Shown: piece after piece, positions 18,885-27,665 of the stretch | Numbering within the stretch: position 1 is the stretch's first letter | Layout: the number at the start of each line of letters is the position of its first letter | DNA from: an uncultured Actinomycetota bacterium | Lineage (GTDB): Bacteria; Actinomycetota; Thermoleophilia; Gaiellales; Gaiellaceae | DNA: 64,000 nt | Direction of reading: 5' to 3' | Assembly (NCBI GenBank): GCA_963762215.1 | Contig: CAVXKB010000013.1 | Coordinates: 34,141 to 98,140, forward strand | The notes under the pieces: generated by a model | The model's input: the letters and a program-made list of their open reading frames with translations, nothing else | Told to the model about the DNA's origin: nothing | The model's database searches: none | Made by a program: the position numbers and the translations under genes

Positions 18885-20387
18885 GCTCGTCGCGAACGCG
18901 GTCAGCTCGACCTGATCTCGGCGGCCCATCGGAACGCCCGCTCCCACGAGCAGGAAGCGCGACGCGAGCGCCGGGCAGGCGTTGACGCCCGCTCCCAGGG
19001 TCGCGCTCCACAGGACGCGACCATCGCCGGAGTCGACGCCGTACACCTTCCCGTCGAGCGTCGAGGTGAAGACGACGCCGTTCGCCGCCGTTGCGCACCC
19101 GAAGTCGGGTTGTGGAAGGCGCAACGTCCAGATTCTCCGGCCGGTCGCGGCATCGAGGGCGACCAGCTCGCCTCGGCCGCGCCGTGAAACATTGACGTGG
19201 TCGAGCTGCTCGTAGCCGACTGAGCTTCCGCGCATGCAGAGATTGACAACCGGAACGTAGAGTCGGCCGCCGGCGCTCGCCATCGGTGTCTCGACACCTC
19301 CGAGCAGTCCGGGGCAGACCGACACGGACCGTAGCGGCAATGGCCCGCGGTCGTTGCGGTGGATGCCCACCTCGGTCTGCCAGAGGCGCTCGTGGGTCGA
19401 CCGGTCCCAGGCGACGACGAGACCGGCCTTGCCCGCGCCGAACACGACCGAGCGGCCGGCTACAGATCCGATGATCGGCGGAGCCTGGAAGTCGTAGTCG
19501 CGCACGTCATGCCGCGTCACCTGGTCGTACCAAGCGATCTTGCCCGTGTGTGCGTTCACCACGACGAGCGAATCCGTGAAGAGGTCGGCGCCGGCATGCG
19601 CGCCGCCGTTCGGATAGGCGCGACTGCCCCCGTACGGATAGGGATTCGCAATCCCCCAGAAAACGTCGCCGCCTACGACGCTGGGCGTCTGCCACGCCCC
19701 GCCGCCGCCGGCCTCGCTCGGTACGTGCCAGGCGCCTCTGATCGTCGACAACTGCCAGCGGATCGATCCAGTGTCGGCGTCAAGCGCAAAGAGGGTTCCG
19801 CGGCCGTTTGGCGGGAGCCCGATCGTGCTCAGATACACCAGCCCGTTCGCAATCTGCGGGGCCATGTCGACATAGCGCGCCGTCGGCGTGACGAGGAAGC
19901 GCCGCCAGAGCGGACGCCCGGTCTTCGCGTCGAGCGCGAAGGCGCTCGCATCGGTCGCGCCATATACCCGCCCGCCGCTGACGGCGAGGCCGTTCGGGCC
20001 GGGGTTCCTGTCACCGAACAGGCGCCGCCAGAGCACCTTCCCGGTGTTGAGGTCGAGCGCATAGACGTTGCTCCGCATGTCCTGCACGTATACGGACTGA
20101 CCGGCCACGACCGGAGTTGCCGTAAAGGCTCCGCTCGTACCCGGTGGAGCACGGAAGCGGAAGCGCCAGGAGACGCGAAGGGCGGCGACGTTGTCGCGGT
20201 CGATGCCGCTGTCGGTGAGCGCGCGGGTCGAGGCGAGATTGAGGTTCGGCAGCGGCCAGTCGCTACCGGCCCTGGAGCCACCGCATCCGGCGACCGCGAC
20301 CATGGAGCCGAGCGCGACGGCAACCGCCGTGATCGTCCGTCCCGAGAATGCGTGGCTGGCGTCGGAGCCGTGCGGTCTGGGCGTCAG
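18873..20387 (-). CDS. PQQ-like beta-propeller repeat lipoprotein (BamB/YxaL-like); probable CTG start
   Basis: Repeats of the type VYALDLNTGKVLWRR, AFALDAKTGRPLWRR, LFALDADTGSIRWQL, LVALDAATGRRIWTL, VYGVDSGDGRVLWSA. The first ATG (20303) falls inside the signal peptide RTITAVAVALGSMVAVAGCGG. The in-frame CTG at 20387 overlaps the upstream stop (CTGA). Confidence 0.75.
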   Translation of the reverse strand: MTPRPHGSDASHAFSGRTITAVAVALGSMVAVAGCGGSRAGSDWPLPNLNLASTRALTDSGIDRDNVAALRVSWRFRFRAPPGTSGAFTATPVVAGQSVYVQDMRSNVYALDLNTGKVLWRRLFGDRNPGPNGLAVSGGRVYGATDASAFALDAKTGRPLWRRFLVTPTARYVDMAPQIANGLVYLSTIGLPPNGRGTLFALDADTGSIRWQLSTIRGAWHVPSEAGGGGAWQTPSVVGGDVFWGIANPYPYGGSRAYPNGGAHAGADLFTDSLVVVNAHTGKIAWYDQVTRHDVRDYDFQAPPIIGSVAGRSVVFGAGKAGLVVAWDRSTHERLWQTEVGIHRNDRGPLPLRSVSVCPGLLGGVETPMASAGGRLYVPVVNLCMRGSSVGYEQLDHVNVSRRGRGELVALDAATGRRIWTLRLPQPDFGCATAANGVVFTSTLDGKVYGVDSGDGRVLWSATLGAGVNACPALASRFLLVGAGVPMGRRDQVELTAFATSSTG

Positions 20388-20992
20388 ACGCAGGGTGAAG
20401 CCTTGGTGCTCTTCTGCCCCTTCTTGCAGAGCGGCAGGTCCGCACCGTACTTCGGCAGCGCCGAGGGGATGTGGTACGGAACCGGCGTCATCCGCTCGAT
20501 GGTGAGGTAGGCGCCGACCATCCCGTGGTAGGTCCAGTACCCGTTGGCGAAGGTCGGATCGAGGCCGGTGGCGGTGAATCTAACGGTCAGGTCTCCGCCC
20601 GCCTGGCACGTGCAGTTCGGCGGACGGATATTTCCGTTGCACTCGATGTTGCCGCTCACGAGCGAGCACTTGCCACCCTCGGTGCTCGTCACCGCGGTGA
20701 TGGTCAGACCGAGAGGAGGGACCCAGCTGAAGGTGTTGATGTAGCCGATGCCGCTCGTGTTCTGAACGTCGAGCTGATAGAGGCCCGGGCTGACCCAGCT
20801 CACGACCGCGACCGCGTCGCCGGCACCTCGCCCGAGCGTGTTGGGGTCGACCGCCACGGCACGTGCCGTATCGACGGCGCGCGTCGAGGCCGCCGCGGCG
20901 TGAACTCCTACCGAGAGCAGCACGGCGGCAACCAGAAATGAGCCAGCTCGCCGCAACGGGAGGGATGACCTCTCGGTGCGCATTCGCCCCAT
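20384..20992 (-). CDS. Secreted protein, family A (four-Cys NTSGIGY domain)
   Basis: Signal peptide MGRMRTERSSLPLRRAGSFLVAAVLLSVGVHAAAA. Domain YQLDVQNTSGIGYINTFSWVPP...KCSL...IECNG...PPNCTCQAGGD...MTPVPYHIP is shared with 26444.. and 31229.. Confidence 0.65.
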   Translation of the reverse strand: MGRMRTERSSLPLRRAGSFLVAAVLLSVGVHAAAASTRAVDTARAVAVDPNTLGRGAGDAVAVVSWVSPGLYQLDVQNTSGIGYINTFSWVPPLGLTITAVTSTEGGKCSLVSGNIECNGNIRPPNCTCQAGGDLTVRFTATGLDPTFANGYWTYHGMVGAYLTIERMTPVPYHIPSALPKYGADLPLCKKGQKSTKASPCV

Positions 20993-21081
20993 GAAACTAT
21001 CCGAAGCGCAGGCGGCGTACAAGTACGGATGTCCTGTTCCGTGGCCGAGCGCCACCGTGCGTCACGGGTAGGCTCTCGCGG

Positions 21082-21456
21082 ATGGATCCCAGGACGGCGG
21101 TTCAGCTCGCGGCTCTGGCCGCAACAGCATCTTTGGTGGTTGGCGTGCCTGTCGTCGCAGCCTCGGGCTCACCGCCCGGCAACGCGGCCACGGGTAAGAC
21201 GCTTTTCTTACGGGCTGGGCTCTTCTGCGGGTCGTGCCACACCTTGAAGGCTGCCAGTAGTAAGGGACGCGACGGTCGGAACCTCGACCAGGCGAAGCCC
21301 GGCTACGCCAAGATCGTCGAGTTCGTCACGAAGGGCAGCAAGCCGTCGAAGCGCTGGCCGACGGGGATGCCGGGCTACGGCGGCCTGCACGGCGAGGTTC
21401 CGAAGGCCGACATTCAGGACATCGCCGCGTTCGTCTACGCGGCAACGCACAGGTGA
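21082..21456 (+). CDS. Secreted class I c-type cytochrome
   Basis: Signal peptide. Single haem motif CGSCH. Distal Met candidate in WPTGMPGYGG. 124 aa. Confidence 0.85.
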   Translation: MDPRTAVQLAALAATASLVVGVPVVAASGSPPGNAATGKTLFLRAGLFCGSCHTLKAASSKGRDGRNLDQAKPGYAKIVEFVTKGSKPSKRWPTGMPGYGGLHGEVPKADIQDIAAFVYAATHR

Positions 21457-21875
21457 ATCGAACGCGCCGGCCGTCGACCGGCTTTGCGGTAGCTCTACTC
21501 TCGGGTGCGCTCGTGGTCGGGGCGCCGGCAGCGACGGGTACGAGCAAGGTGATCGGCCACGGCGCTCGGCTGAAGGGCACCAACCTCTGGTACGCACAGG
21601 GCAAGGCGGTCTCACCGAGGACGATCTCGGCCAGCGTCGTCCCAGTGCCGGAGCAAAGGGTGAAGGTGCAATGGTCGGTTGTCTGCCAGAAGGCCAACAA
21701 AGCCGACCCGGCTGTCCACCTCGCGACGAATCTGAGGTCAGGGCAGGTTTTCATTCGTGCCGCGACCACGGTCACGCTCACGCTGCCCTCCGCGAAGCCG
21801 CCGACCTGCGTCGTGACGGTCTACGCGACGCTCGCGAGGAACGGCGGGCTGATGCTCGAGCTCCGGCAGACGTAG
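21453..21875 (+). CDS. Hypothetical secreted protein
   Basis: GTG start overlaps the cytochrome c stop (GTGA at 21453-21456). Signal peptide FAVALLSGALVVGAPAATG. No recognisable domain. Confidence 0.55.
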   Translation: MNRTRRPSTGFAVALLSGALVVGAPAATGTSKVIGHGARLKGTNLWYAQGKAVSPRTISASVVPVPEQRVKVQWSVVCQKANKADPAVHLATNLRSGQVFIRAATTVTLTLPSAKPPTCVVTVYATLARNGGLMLELRQT

Positions 21876-21932
21876 GCGATGAGTTCCGCGCCGCTATCAT
21901 CCTCGCCGAGGTCGCCCGAGACGGTGAAACCG

Positions 21933-22484
21933 ATGAAAGCCCTGCTTTTGCTGGTCCTGGTCGTGTCCGGGCTGTCCGTGGGAGGGCTGAGCGGGGCCGC
22001 CGATGCGAAGAACAGGCCGCCGACGGTGGCGAATGGGGTGGAGCCCCTCGGCTCGACGGAGTGGCCGAGTGTTGCGGCCCAGCTCGCGAAGAACATTGCG
22101 AAGGCCTCATTTGCGCATCAGTACGACCAGGTCTGGGGTTATCTCCATCCGAGCTACCAGCACGCGGTCTCGCACTCGCAGTGGAACAGGTGCCAGGGCT
22201 CGCATCCGACCGCTCCACGCAGCGTCACGATCAAGAAGGTCTCCGTCGCGAACGCGACCGAGTTGCCGGTGGACCTTTCGCTCATCGGCCGCCGGAACGT
22301 GCAGGAGATCGAGCTGGACGTCCAGTTCACGACACCGGGTATCAGAGGGCTCCAGCTCGCGTCGTTGTACACGTTCTGGCTCAAGCAGGCGAACACGTGG
22401 AGGGCCGTCTGGCTGACTGACGAGTACCGAGCCTACAAGGCTGGGCGCTGCTACCTCACGCCGCAGGGCCCTCCGCTGTACTGA
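21933..22484 (+). CDS. Hypothetical secreted protein
   Basis: MKALLLLVLVVSGLSVGGLSGAADA signal peptide. 183 aa with good GC3 coding pattern. No recognisable domain. Confidence 0.55.
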   Translation: MKALLLLVLVVSGLSVGGLSGAADAKNRPPTVANGVEPLGSTEWPSVAAQLAKNIAKASFAHQYDQVWGYLHPSYQHAVSHSQWNRCQGSHPTAPRSVTIKKVSVANATELPVDLSLIGRRNVQEIELDVQFTTPGIRGLQLASLYTFWLKQANTWRAVWLTDEYRAYKAGRCYLTPQGPPLY

Positions 22485-22607
22485 CCGAACGCCGGCCGCG
22501 CGGTGCCCGCTCTTGTTGCCGAGTACCGGAATGGTTATGATCGCCGCATCGGAGGGATGCTCTCCAAGCCGGTGGGTAGTCCTGAATCCAAGGGAGGGAG
22601 TCGCAGG

Positions 22608-24590
22608 ATGCGTAAGTACCCGCTTCTCGCCGCCGCCGCCATACTCGTCGGAGCGATCGTCGTCGGGTTGGCAGGCGCCTCGCGAAACGCGACAACGGCC
22701 TCGTGGTTGCCTTCGGGCGTAACCGCCGCCGGTGTGAATTGGACGAGCGGCGAGGGCGATGAGTCGAACTCGCGCTTCTCGACGCTCGGGCAGATCAATG
22801 CGGGCAACGTCCAGAACCTGCACGTCGTCTGGAACCAGCAGTTCAACACCCCGGACATTCAGTTCAGCCCCGAGGGTCAGCCGGTGTGCTGCCCGAACAA
22901 CCTGCTTTACCAGGCTTACATCCAGGGCGTCGCTGCCATGGCACCCGATACCGGGCAGATCGCCTGGAATTACGCCGGGCCCTCGAGCCCGCAGCTCACG
23001 CAGCTCGGCCAGCGGCTACGGGTAGACAACACTCGGGACGAGTCGTACAGCCCGACGCTCAACCTCATCTACGCCGGCCAGCAGGACGGTTCGATCGTCG
23101 CGCTGAACGCGAAGACGGGCGCTCCGGTCTGGACGACCTCGGTCATTGGGGCAGGCACCTATGGCGACGTGACGGGTGCCGAGTCGGCTCCGTTCACCCA
23201 GTTCTACGACATCAAGGGCACGAACGGCATCGTCCTGTCGGCGCCGAACGGCGGCGAGAGCCCGTTCCGTGGGCATCTGGACGCGTTCGACGCGAAGACG
23301 GGCAAGTTGCTCTGGCGGTCGTGGAACCTGCCGGATCCGACCCAGGTCCCGTACATCCTCTCCTGGGGCAACCCGGCTGAGGCCGCTACCGGCGGGGCAG
23401 CCGACTGGTCGATCCCATCGGTCGATCCTCAGCTCGGCACGGTGTTCTACGGCACCGGCAACCCGTTCCCGGAGACGAACCGGGCGCCCGGGAAGGATCT
23501 GTGGACCGAATCGATCATGGCCGTCGACTGGAAGACCGGCGCGCTGAATTGGTTCTTCCAGACCACTCACCACGACCAGCTCGATTTCGATGATCCGCAC
23601 CCGACAATGGTGCTTCGGGTCCCGATCGACGGCAAGCAGACCCCCGTGGTCGCAGAAGGAAGCAAGGGCGGGTTCTTCTATGTGCTGAACGCCCGCAACG
23701 GCTCGCAGGTGCCGCACTTCAAGATCACCGAGACGCCGACGTACGATCCGTCGGGGCACGGCATCGCGCAGAACAACCTTTATGCGACGCAGCCGTTCCC
23801 GACCGGCGCCTCGTTCTGCATGGCGGTCGTCGACTACACGCCGGCCGGCCTGGCGCAATGCGGCTGGCCCGGCAACCCGCTGGTGGACGAGTACGGGACA
23901 GGTTTGGGCAATCCGGTCGCCAGCCCGACGCAGGTCAACAACCTGTCGAATAACCTCCCGATCCTCGGCGCTCCGGAGTCCGCTGCGTACAGCGCCCAGC
24001 AATACCTTGTGTACGGCGGCGCCGGTGGAGGCGGCATTTTCGGCTATCCGCCATCGGCGTACAGCCCGGCCACGCATACGTATTACGCGTGTCTGATGAA
24101 CGAGTCGGGCGCTCACACGAACCAGGGGACCTCACCGAACGTCTCGACGATCGGTGCCCCTGTGACGAATGGGCTCCAGGGCTTCATGAGCGCGATCAAC
24201 ATGACGAACAACACGATGCTCTGGCAGTTCGACGGGCAGGCCAACGGCCTGGGGTCTTGCTACAGCGGCTCCCTTGCGACTGCCGGCAACGTGGTGTTCA
24301 CCTGGTTCAAAGGCCGGCTCGACCAGACCAACCTGGCGAACCAGGGAACCACGCAGCAGGGCGCTCAGACGCTCCTGACGCCGGGGGCGCAGCTCGACGC
24401 CTTCGACGCCACCACGGGCAAGATCCTCTGGGTGTGGGGCATCCCGAACGACACGGCCATCTCTCCGACGGTCACCTACATGTACAAGGGGAAGCAGTAC
24501 CTCGCGAGCTACCACGGCGTGGCAATTGCCGGCACCCCCGGTGCCACCCCGACCGGGCAGCGCGATCAGCTGACGGTGTTCTCACTCTGA
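22608..24590 (+). CDS. PQQ-dependent dehydrogenase (methanol/ethanol dehydrogenase-type quinoprotein)
   Basis: GGGAGGG RBS before ATG 22608. Signal/anchor MRKYPLLAAAAILVGAIVVGLAGA. Vicinal Cys pair QPVCCPNN (22887-22892). HHDQLDFDDP (Asp-x-Asp at 23583-23591). Propeller blades IVALNAKTGAPVW, LDAFDAKTGKLLW, IMAVDWKTGALNW, LDAFDATTGKILW. Confidence 0.88.
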   Translation: MRKYPLLAAAAILVGAIVVGLAGASRNATTASWLPSGVTAAGVNWTSGEGDESNSRFSTLGQINAGNVQNLHVVWNQQFNTPDIQFSPEGQPVCCPNNLLYQAYIQGVAAMAPDTGQIAWNYAGPSSPQLTQLGQRLRVDNTRDESYSPTLNLIYAGQQDGSIVALNAKTGAPVWTTSVIGAGTYGDVTGAESAPFTQFYDIKGTNGIVLSAPNGGESPFRGHLDAFDAKTGKLLWRSWNLPDPTQVPYILSWGNPAEAATGGAADWSIPSVDPQLGTVFYGTGNPFPETNRAPGKDLWTESIMAVDWKTGALNWFFQTTHHDQLDFDDPHPTMVLRVPIDGKQTPVVAEGSKGGFFYVLNARNGSQVPHFKITETPTYDPSGHGIAQNNLYATQPFPTGASFCMAVVDYTPAGLAQCGWPGNPLVDEYGTGLGNPVASPTQVNNLSNNLPILGAPESAAYSAQQYLVYGGAGGGGIFGYPPSAYSPATHTYYACLMNESGAHTNQGTSPNVSTIGAPVTNGLQGFMSAINMTNNTMLWQFDGQANGLGSCYSGSLATAGNVVFTWFKGRLDQTNLANQGTTQQGAQTLLTPGAQLDAFDATTGKILWVWGIPNDTAISPTVTYMYKGKQYLASYHGVAIAGTPGATPTGQRDQLTVFSL

Positions 24591-24593
24591 GGC

Positions 24594-24629
24594 GTGTGGG
24601 GGGGAGCCCGTCAGGGCTCCCCCCCACAC
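24594..24629. terminator. Perfect 16-bp hairpin between convergent genes (bidirectional terminator candidate)
   Basis: GTGTGGGGGGGAGCCC-gtca-GGGCTCCCCCCCACAC lies immediately after the PQQ dehydrogenase stop and before the stop of 24643..25179(-). Confidence 0.7.
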
Positions 24630-24642
24630 CTCCCTTCAGGGG

Positions 24643-25179
24643 CTAAGCGAGAAGCAGGAAGTCAATCCGTATCGTGTTCTTACGTGCGGCGAAACCTGAG
24701 GTCAACTGACCGCGCGCTCCGAGGTAGGCGCCGGTCCCGCCGATCACCGCAAGCGTGAATTGACCGGTCAAGAGGTCGGCGGGCCCGGAGCCCGTCATGC
24801 TGCCGTTGTTCAGGTCGAACTGGGCCTCGCACATCGCCTGTTGCGCAAAGTTGAAAGTGCACGAGTAGACGGCGGAACCGACGCGCTTCGTGAGCTCGAG
24901 GTCGGCGTAGACCTTTAGACGGAAGAGCGCGTTGTCGCCAGGTCGAGTTCCTTTTTTCCCGGTGTTCGCTGTCGGGGGCGGCGGCAGCTTCGTGTCCGCG
25001 TTGAACGGGTTCTTGATCGTCCCGCGAGCGCGGTCATCAGCATGGTTGACGAATTGGAACTGCGCCGCCTTGGCGTAGACGATGAGCGAGCGGGTTCGCG
25101 CCCCCGACGCCGGCGTCGAAGCGCACACGAACGCGGCGAGTGCCGCCGCGACGAGGTACAGCTGGAGCTTCGGCCTCAT
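24643..25179 (-). CDS. Secreted protein, family B (dirigent/allene-oxide-cyclase-barrel-like, tentative), copy 3 of tandem triplet
   Basis: Signal peptide MRPKLQLYLVAAALAAFVCASTPASG. FVNHADDRARG...NPF...PGDNALF...GSAVYSCTFNF...MCEAQFDL...VIGGTGAYLGARGQL. Its start overlaps the upstream stop (ATGA at 25176-25179). Confidence 0.7.
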   Translation of the reverse strand: MRPKLQLYLVAAALAAFVCASTPASGARTRSLIVYAKAAQFQFVNHADDRARGTIKNPFNADTKLPPPPTANTGKKGTRPGDNALFRLKVYADLELTKRVGSAVYSCTFNFAQQAMCEAQFDLNNGSMTGSGPADLLTGQFTLAVIGGTGAYLGARGQLTSGFAARKNTIRIDFLLLA

Positions 25180-25721
25180 TTTCCGAGGCCGATCAGCTGC
25201 AGGTCGTACCGTTGCGCTTCCTTGGGGGCGGGCAACGACGTCACCTGTCCGAGTGCCCCGAGGTAGGTCCGCGTCCCGCCGGTGATGCTGAGCACGAACC
25301 GAGGATTGCCGAGCACGACGGATCCCGATCCCAGGATCAACCCGCCGTCGAGGTCGAAGTAGGTATCGCAGATGGCCTGCTTGCCGAAGTTGTAGTAGCA
25401 GGTGAAGATGGCTGACCCGAGACGCTTCCCTTGCGTCGGTTTCGTGTACAGCTGAAAGCTGTAGAGCACGTCGTCGCCTGGAAACGGGCCGGCCTTTTTC
25501 TCATTGGCACCCGAGGCGATCACTTGCCCGTTTGCCGCCGACGCGAACGGATTGGTGGTCATCCCTCTAAGCCTGTCGTCTGCGTGATTCATGAACTGCA
25601 CGGTCGTCGGAACGGCGTACACCGTCAGATTTTCCTTCGGCGTCGCCGATCGCGCTCTGCTGCCGGCACTGGGTGCCGTGACGGCGAGTGCCGCGAGAAT
25701 GGCGACCAGGCCGCTTCGCAT
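25176..25721 (-). CDS. Secreted protein, family B, copy 2
   Basis: ORF trimmed to MRSGLVAILAALAVTAPSAG. Same motif series: FMNHADDRLRG, PGDDVLY, GSAIFTCYYNF, ICDTYFDL, ITGGTRTYLGALGQV. Confidence 0.7.
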   Translation of the reverse strand: MRSGLVAILAALAVTAPSAGSRARSATPKENLTVYAVPTTVQFMNHADDRLRGMTTNPFASAANGQVIASGANEKKAGPFPGDDVLYSFQLYTKPTQGKRLGSAIFTCYYNFGKQAICDTYFDLDGGLILGSGSVVLGNPRFVLSITGGTRTYLGALGQVTSLPAPKEAQRYDLQLIGLGK

Positions 25722-25729
25722 CGCCGCGG

Positions 25730-26260
25730 TCACGTGAGCAGCCGGAAGTCGAGGCGCTGAGCTTTTCTCGCCGCGGGGACGACTACCGCTTCGCCCCTGG
25801 CGCCGAGATACTTTTTGGTACCGCCCGTGACCACGATCGTGAAGCCCTTCAGCTCGAAGTCGATCGGGCCCGAGGCCACGATCGTCCCGGCGCCCTTCAG
25901 AATGTAGTAGGCCTGGCACAAGGCATGCCTCGCGTAGTTGAAATAGCAGGTGTACACGGCTGAGCCGGCGCTTCTGCGGAGCGTCGCCCCTGTATAGAGA
26001 TCGAGGCTGTAGACCACGACATCACCGGGAAACGGACCGTTCCCGGTATCCACGGTCCTCGGCTTGAGCTTATCTGTCGAGCTGTTGAAAGGGTTGTTGA
26101 CCGCCCCTCGCGCCCGGTCGTCCGCCGTGTTGATGAACTGAACGCCGGTCGCAACGCTGTAGACCGTGAGGCTCCGGCCTCCTGCTGCCAGTCCGCGCGG
26201 CGCCGTGACGGCACCGCAAAGGCAGCCGAGCAGGGCGGCGAGCCCTAGTAACCTGATCAT
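25730..26260 (-). CDS. Secreted protein, family B, copy 1
   Basis: ORF trimmed to MIRLLGLAALLGCLCGAVTA. Motifs FINTADDRARG, PGDVVVY, GSAVYTCYFNY, LCQAYYIL, VTGGTKKYLGARGEA. Confidence 0.7.
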   Translation of the reverse strand: MIRLLGLAALLGCLCGAVTAPRGLAAGGRSLTVYSVATGVQFINTADDRARGAVNNPFNSSTDKLKPRTVDTGNGPFPGDVVVYSLDLYTGATLRRSAGSAVYTCYFNYARHALCQAYYILKGAGTIVASGPIDFELKGFTIVVTGGTKKYLGARGEAVVVPAARKAQRLDFRLLT

Positions 26261-26443
26261 CGCCGGAAACCGCGAGACAGGATCAGGCGCCGGTTGGTCG
26301 CGCAGCAACCAGTCCCGGCGGCGTGAAGACCACGACGGTATACGGTGGACACGACCAATATACGATAGCCGCGAATCAGCCGTGGCAAGCAGCGCTCAGG
26401 GCGGCGGTACCATGGCGGCGTGAGGTCCCGCGAGGCTTGGCGT

Positions 26444-27037
26444 ATGCAAAAACTCGCCGTGGTGGGCCTCTTCGTTCTCGCGGTGGGTGGCGTCGTTGTT
26501 GCGTTCGCGCTGATCGGACGAGGCAGCGGCACGAAGGGAGCAGCCCCTCTCCCCACGACCGGTGAATATGCCCCGCTCACCGTCCCCAAGCCGCATCTCA
26601 TCTACCGGGGAAACCTGATCTTGAACGAGCCCGACTCTCCAAACCAAACCTGGATCAGCGCGGTGCTGTCGTCTCTCAGCGGCAATCACCGTTACGTACT
26701 CACGCTCACGAACGCCTCCAATATGGGCTACATCAACTCGCTCGAGTGGTATGCACCCACCGGGGTTCGGATCCTGCGAGTCATCGGCAGCAGTTCCGGT
26801 CATTGCACGAGCTCAGGCTTGACCGGGTTTGGCGGCAACCAGTTCAAGACAGTTGTCTTGTACCCCAACATCCTGTGCGAGAAAGTTGCCCTGAAACCCC
26901 CCAGCTGCACCTGCGCAGGCGATGGAGGGTCGATGACGATCTCGTTCGTATTGGACAAGACAACCAATCTCTCCGGGGCCGCCAGGGTGCTTGCTGCGAC
27001 TCCAGTCCTCAAGGTCATCCCGTCGTACTCGAAATGA
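26444..27037 (+). CDS. Membrane-anchored/secreted protein, family A
   Basis: MQKLAVVGLFVLAVGGVVVAFALIG anchor. Domain YVLTLTNASNMGYINSLEWYAP...GHCTS...ILCEK...PPSCTCAGDGG. Confidence 0.65.
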   Translation: MQKLAVVGLFVLAVGGVVVAFALIGRGSGTKGAAPLPTTGEYAPLTVPKPHLIYRGNLILNEPDSPNQTWISAVLSSLSGNHRYVLTLTNASNMGYINSLEWYAPTGVRILRVIGSSSGHCTSSGLTGFGGNQFKTVVLYPNILCEKVALKPPSCTCAGDGGSMTISFVLDKTTNLSGAARVLAATPVLKVIPSYSK

Positions 27038-27047
27038 CAGGCAGTCG

Positions 27048-27665
27048 GTGCGAGTGAGGCAGCTGAACACCGTCACGGCAGCGTGCGCCGCGGTGGTCGC
27101 AGGAATCGCGGTCCTTGCGGGCTGCGGGGGGACCGCCCCGCGCGATGCGGGGGGACTTACGTCCGCAGATCGAGGCGCGGCTCAAGCTGCGTTGGATGCT
27201 CTCCATGGGTCGAACATCCCGCTGCAGCTCCTCGCGATCTCGGGAGGCGTCCAGGAGGTCCCGGCTGCGTGCAGGGTTCACCTCGTGTCGAGCAACCCCG
27301 AGACATTCAAGGTCTACGTCTTCTGGATCCCGTATCTGGGAGGAGAGGACTACACGTGGCTCAACATGACGATCACCAAGGATTCCAGTCGGGACACCTT
27401 TCATCTCGGTGCTGCCCATCCGGTGCTGCCCAGCGGCCAGCTCAGCGCGAACGGGCGAAGCGTCGTTCCGTTCACGATCGACACGACGCTGCTCTCGCGC
27501 TACGGGCCCCAGCAGGCACGGAAGAGTCACGAGCTCCTCGTGGCACACGCCGGCAACGCCTTCTCCAATCCGGGCGCGCGCTGTCAGGTGCTGATGAGCG
27601 GTGACCTGAGACTCCTCCCAAGCTCAGCGCCGGCTCAGCGCTCCTCGACAGCGTCGAAGCCATGA
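27048..27665 (+). CDS. Hypothetical lipoprotein
   Basis: GTG start, then VRVRQLNTVTAACAAVVAGIAVLAGCGG (lipobox LAGC). No recognisable domain. Confidence 0.55.
   Translation: MRVRQLNTVTAACAAVVAGIAVLAGCGGTAPRDAGGLTSADRGAAQAALDALHGSNIPLQLLAISGGVQEVPAACRVHLVSSNPETFKVYVFWIPYLGGEDYTWLNMTITKDSSRDTFHLGAAHPVLPSGQLSANGRSVVPFTIDTTLLSRYGPQQARKSHELLVAHAGNAFSNPGARCQVLMSGDLRLLPSSAPAQRSSTASKP

Noticed and set aside
16020-24600. A PqqA-like precursor peptide or pqqB-E genes next to the PQQ dehydrogenases.
   Set aside because: I did not see any small ORF with the Glu-x-x-x-Tyr PqqA core or any radical-SAM/PqqB-type gene in the window. Absence here says nothing about the rest of the genome.
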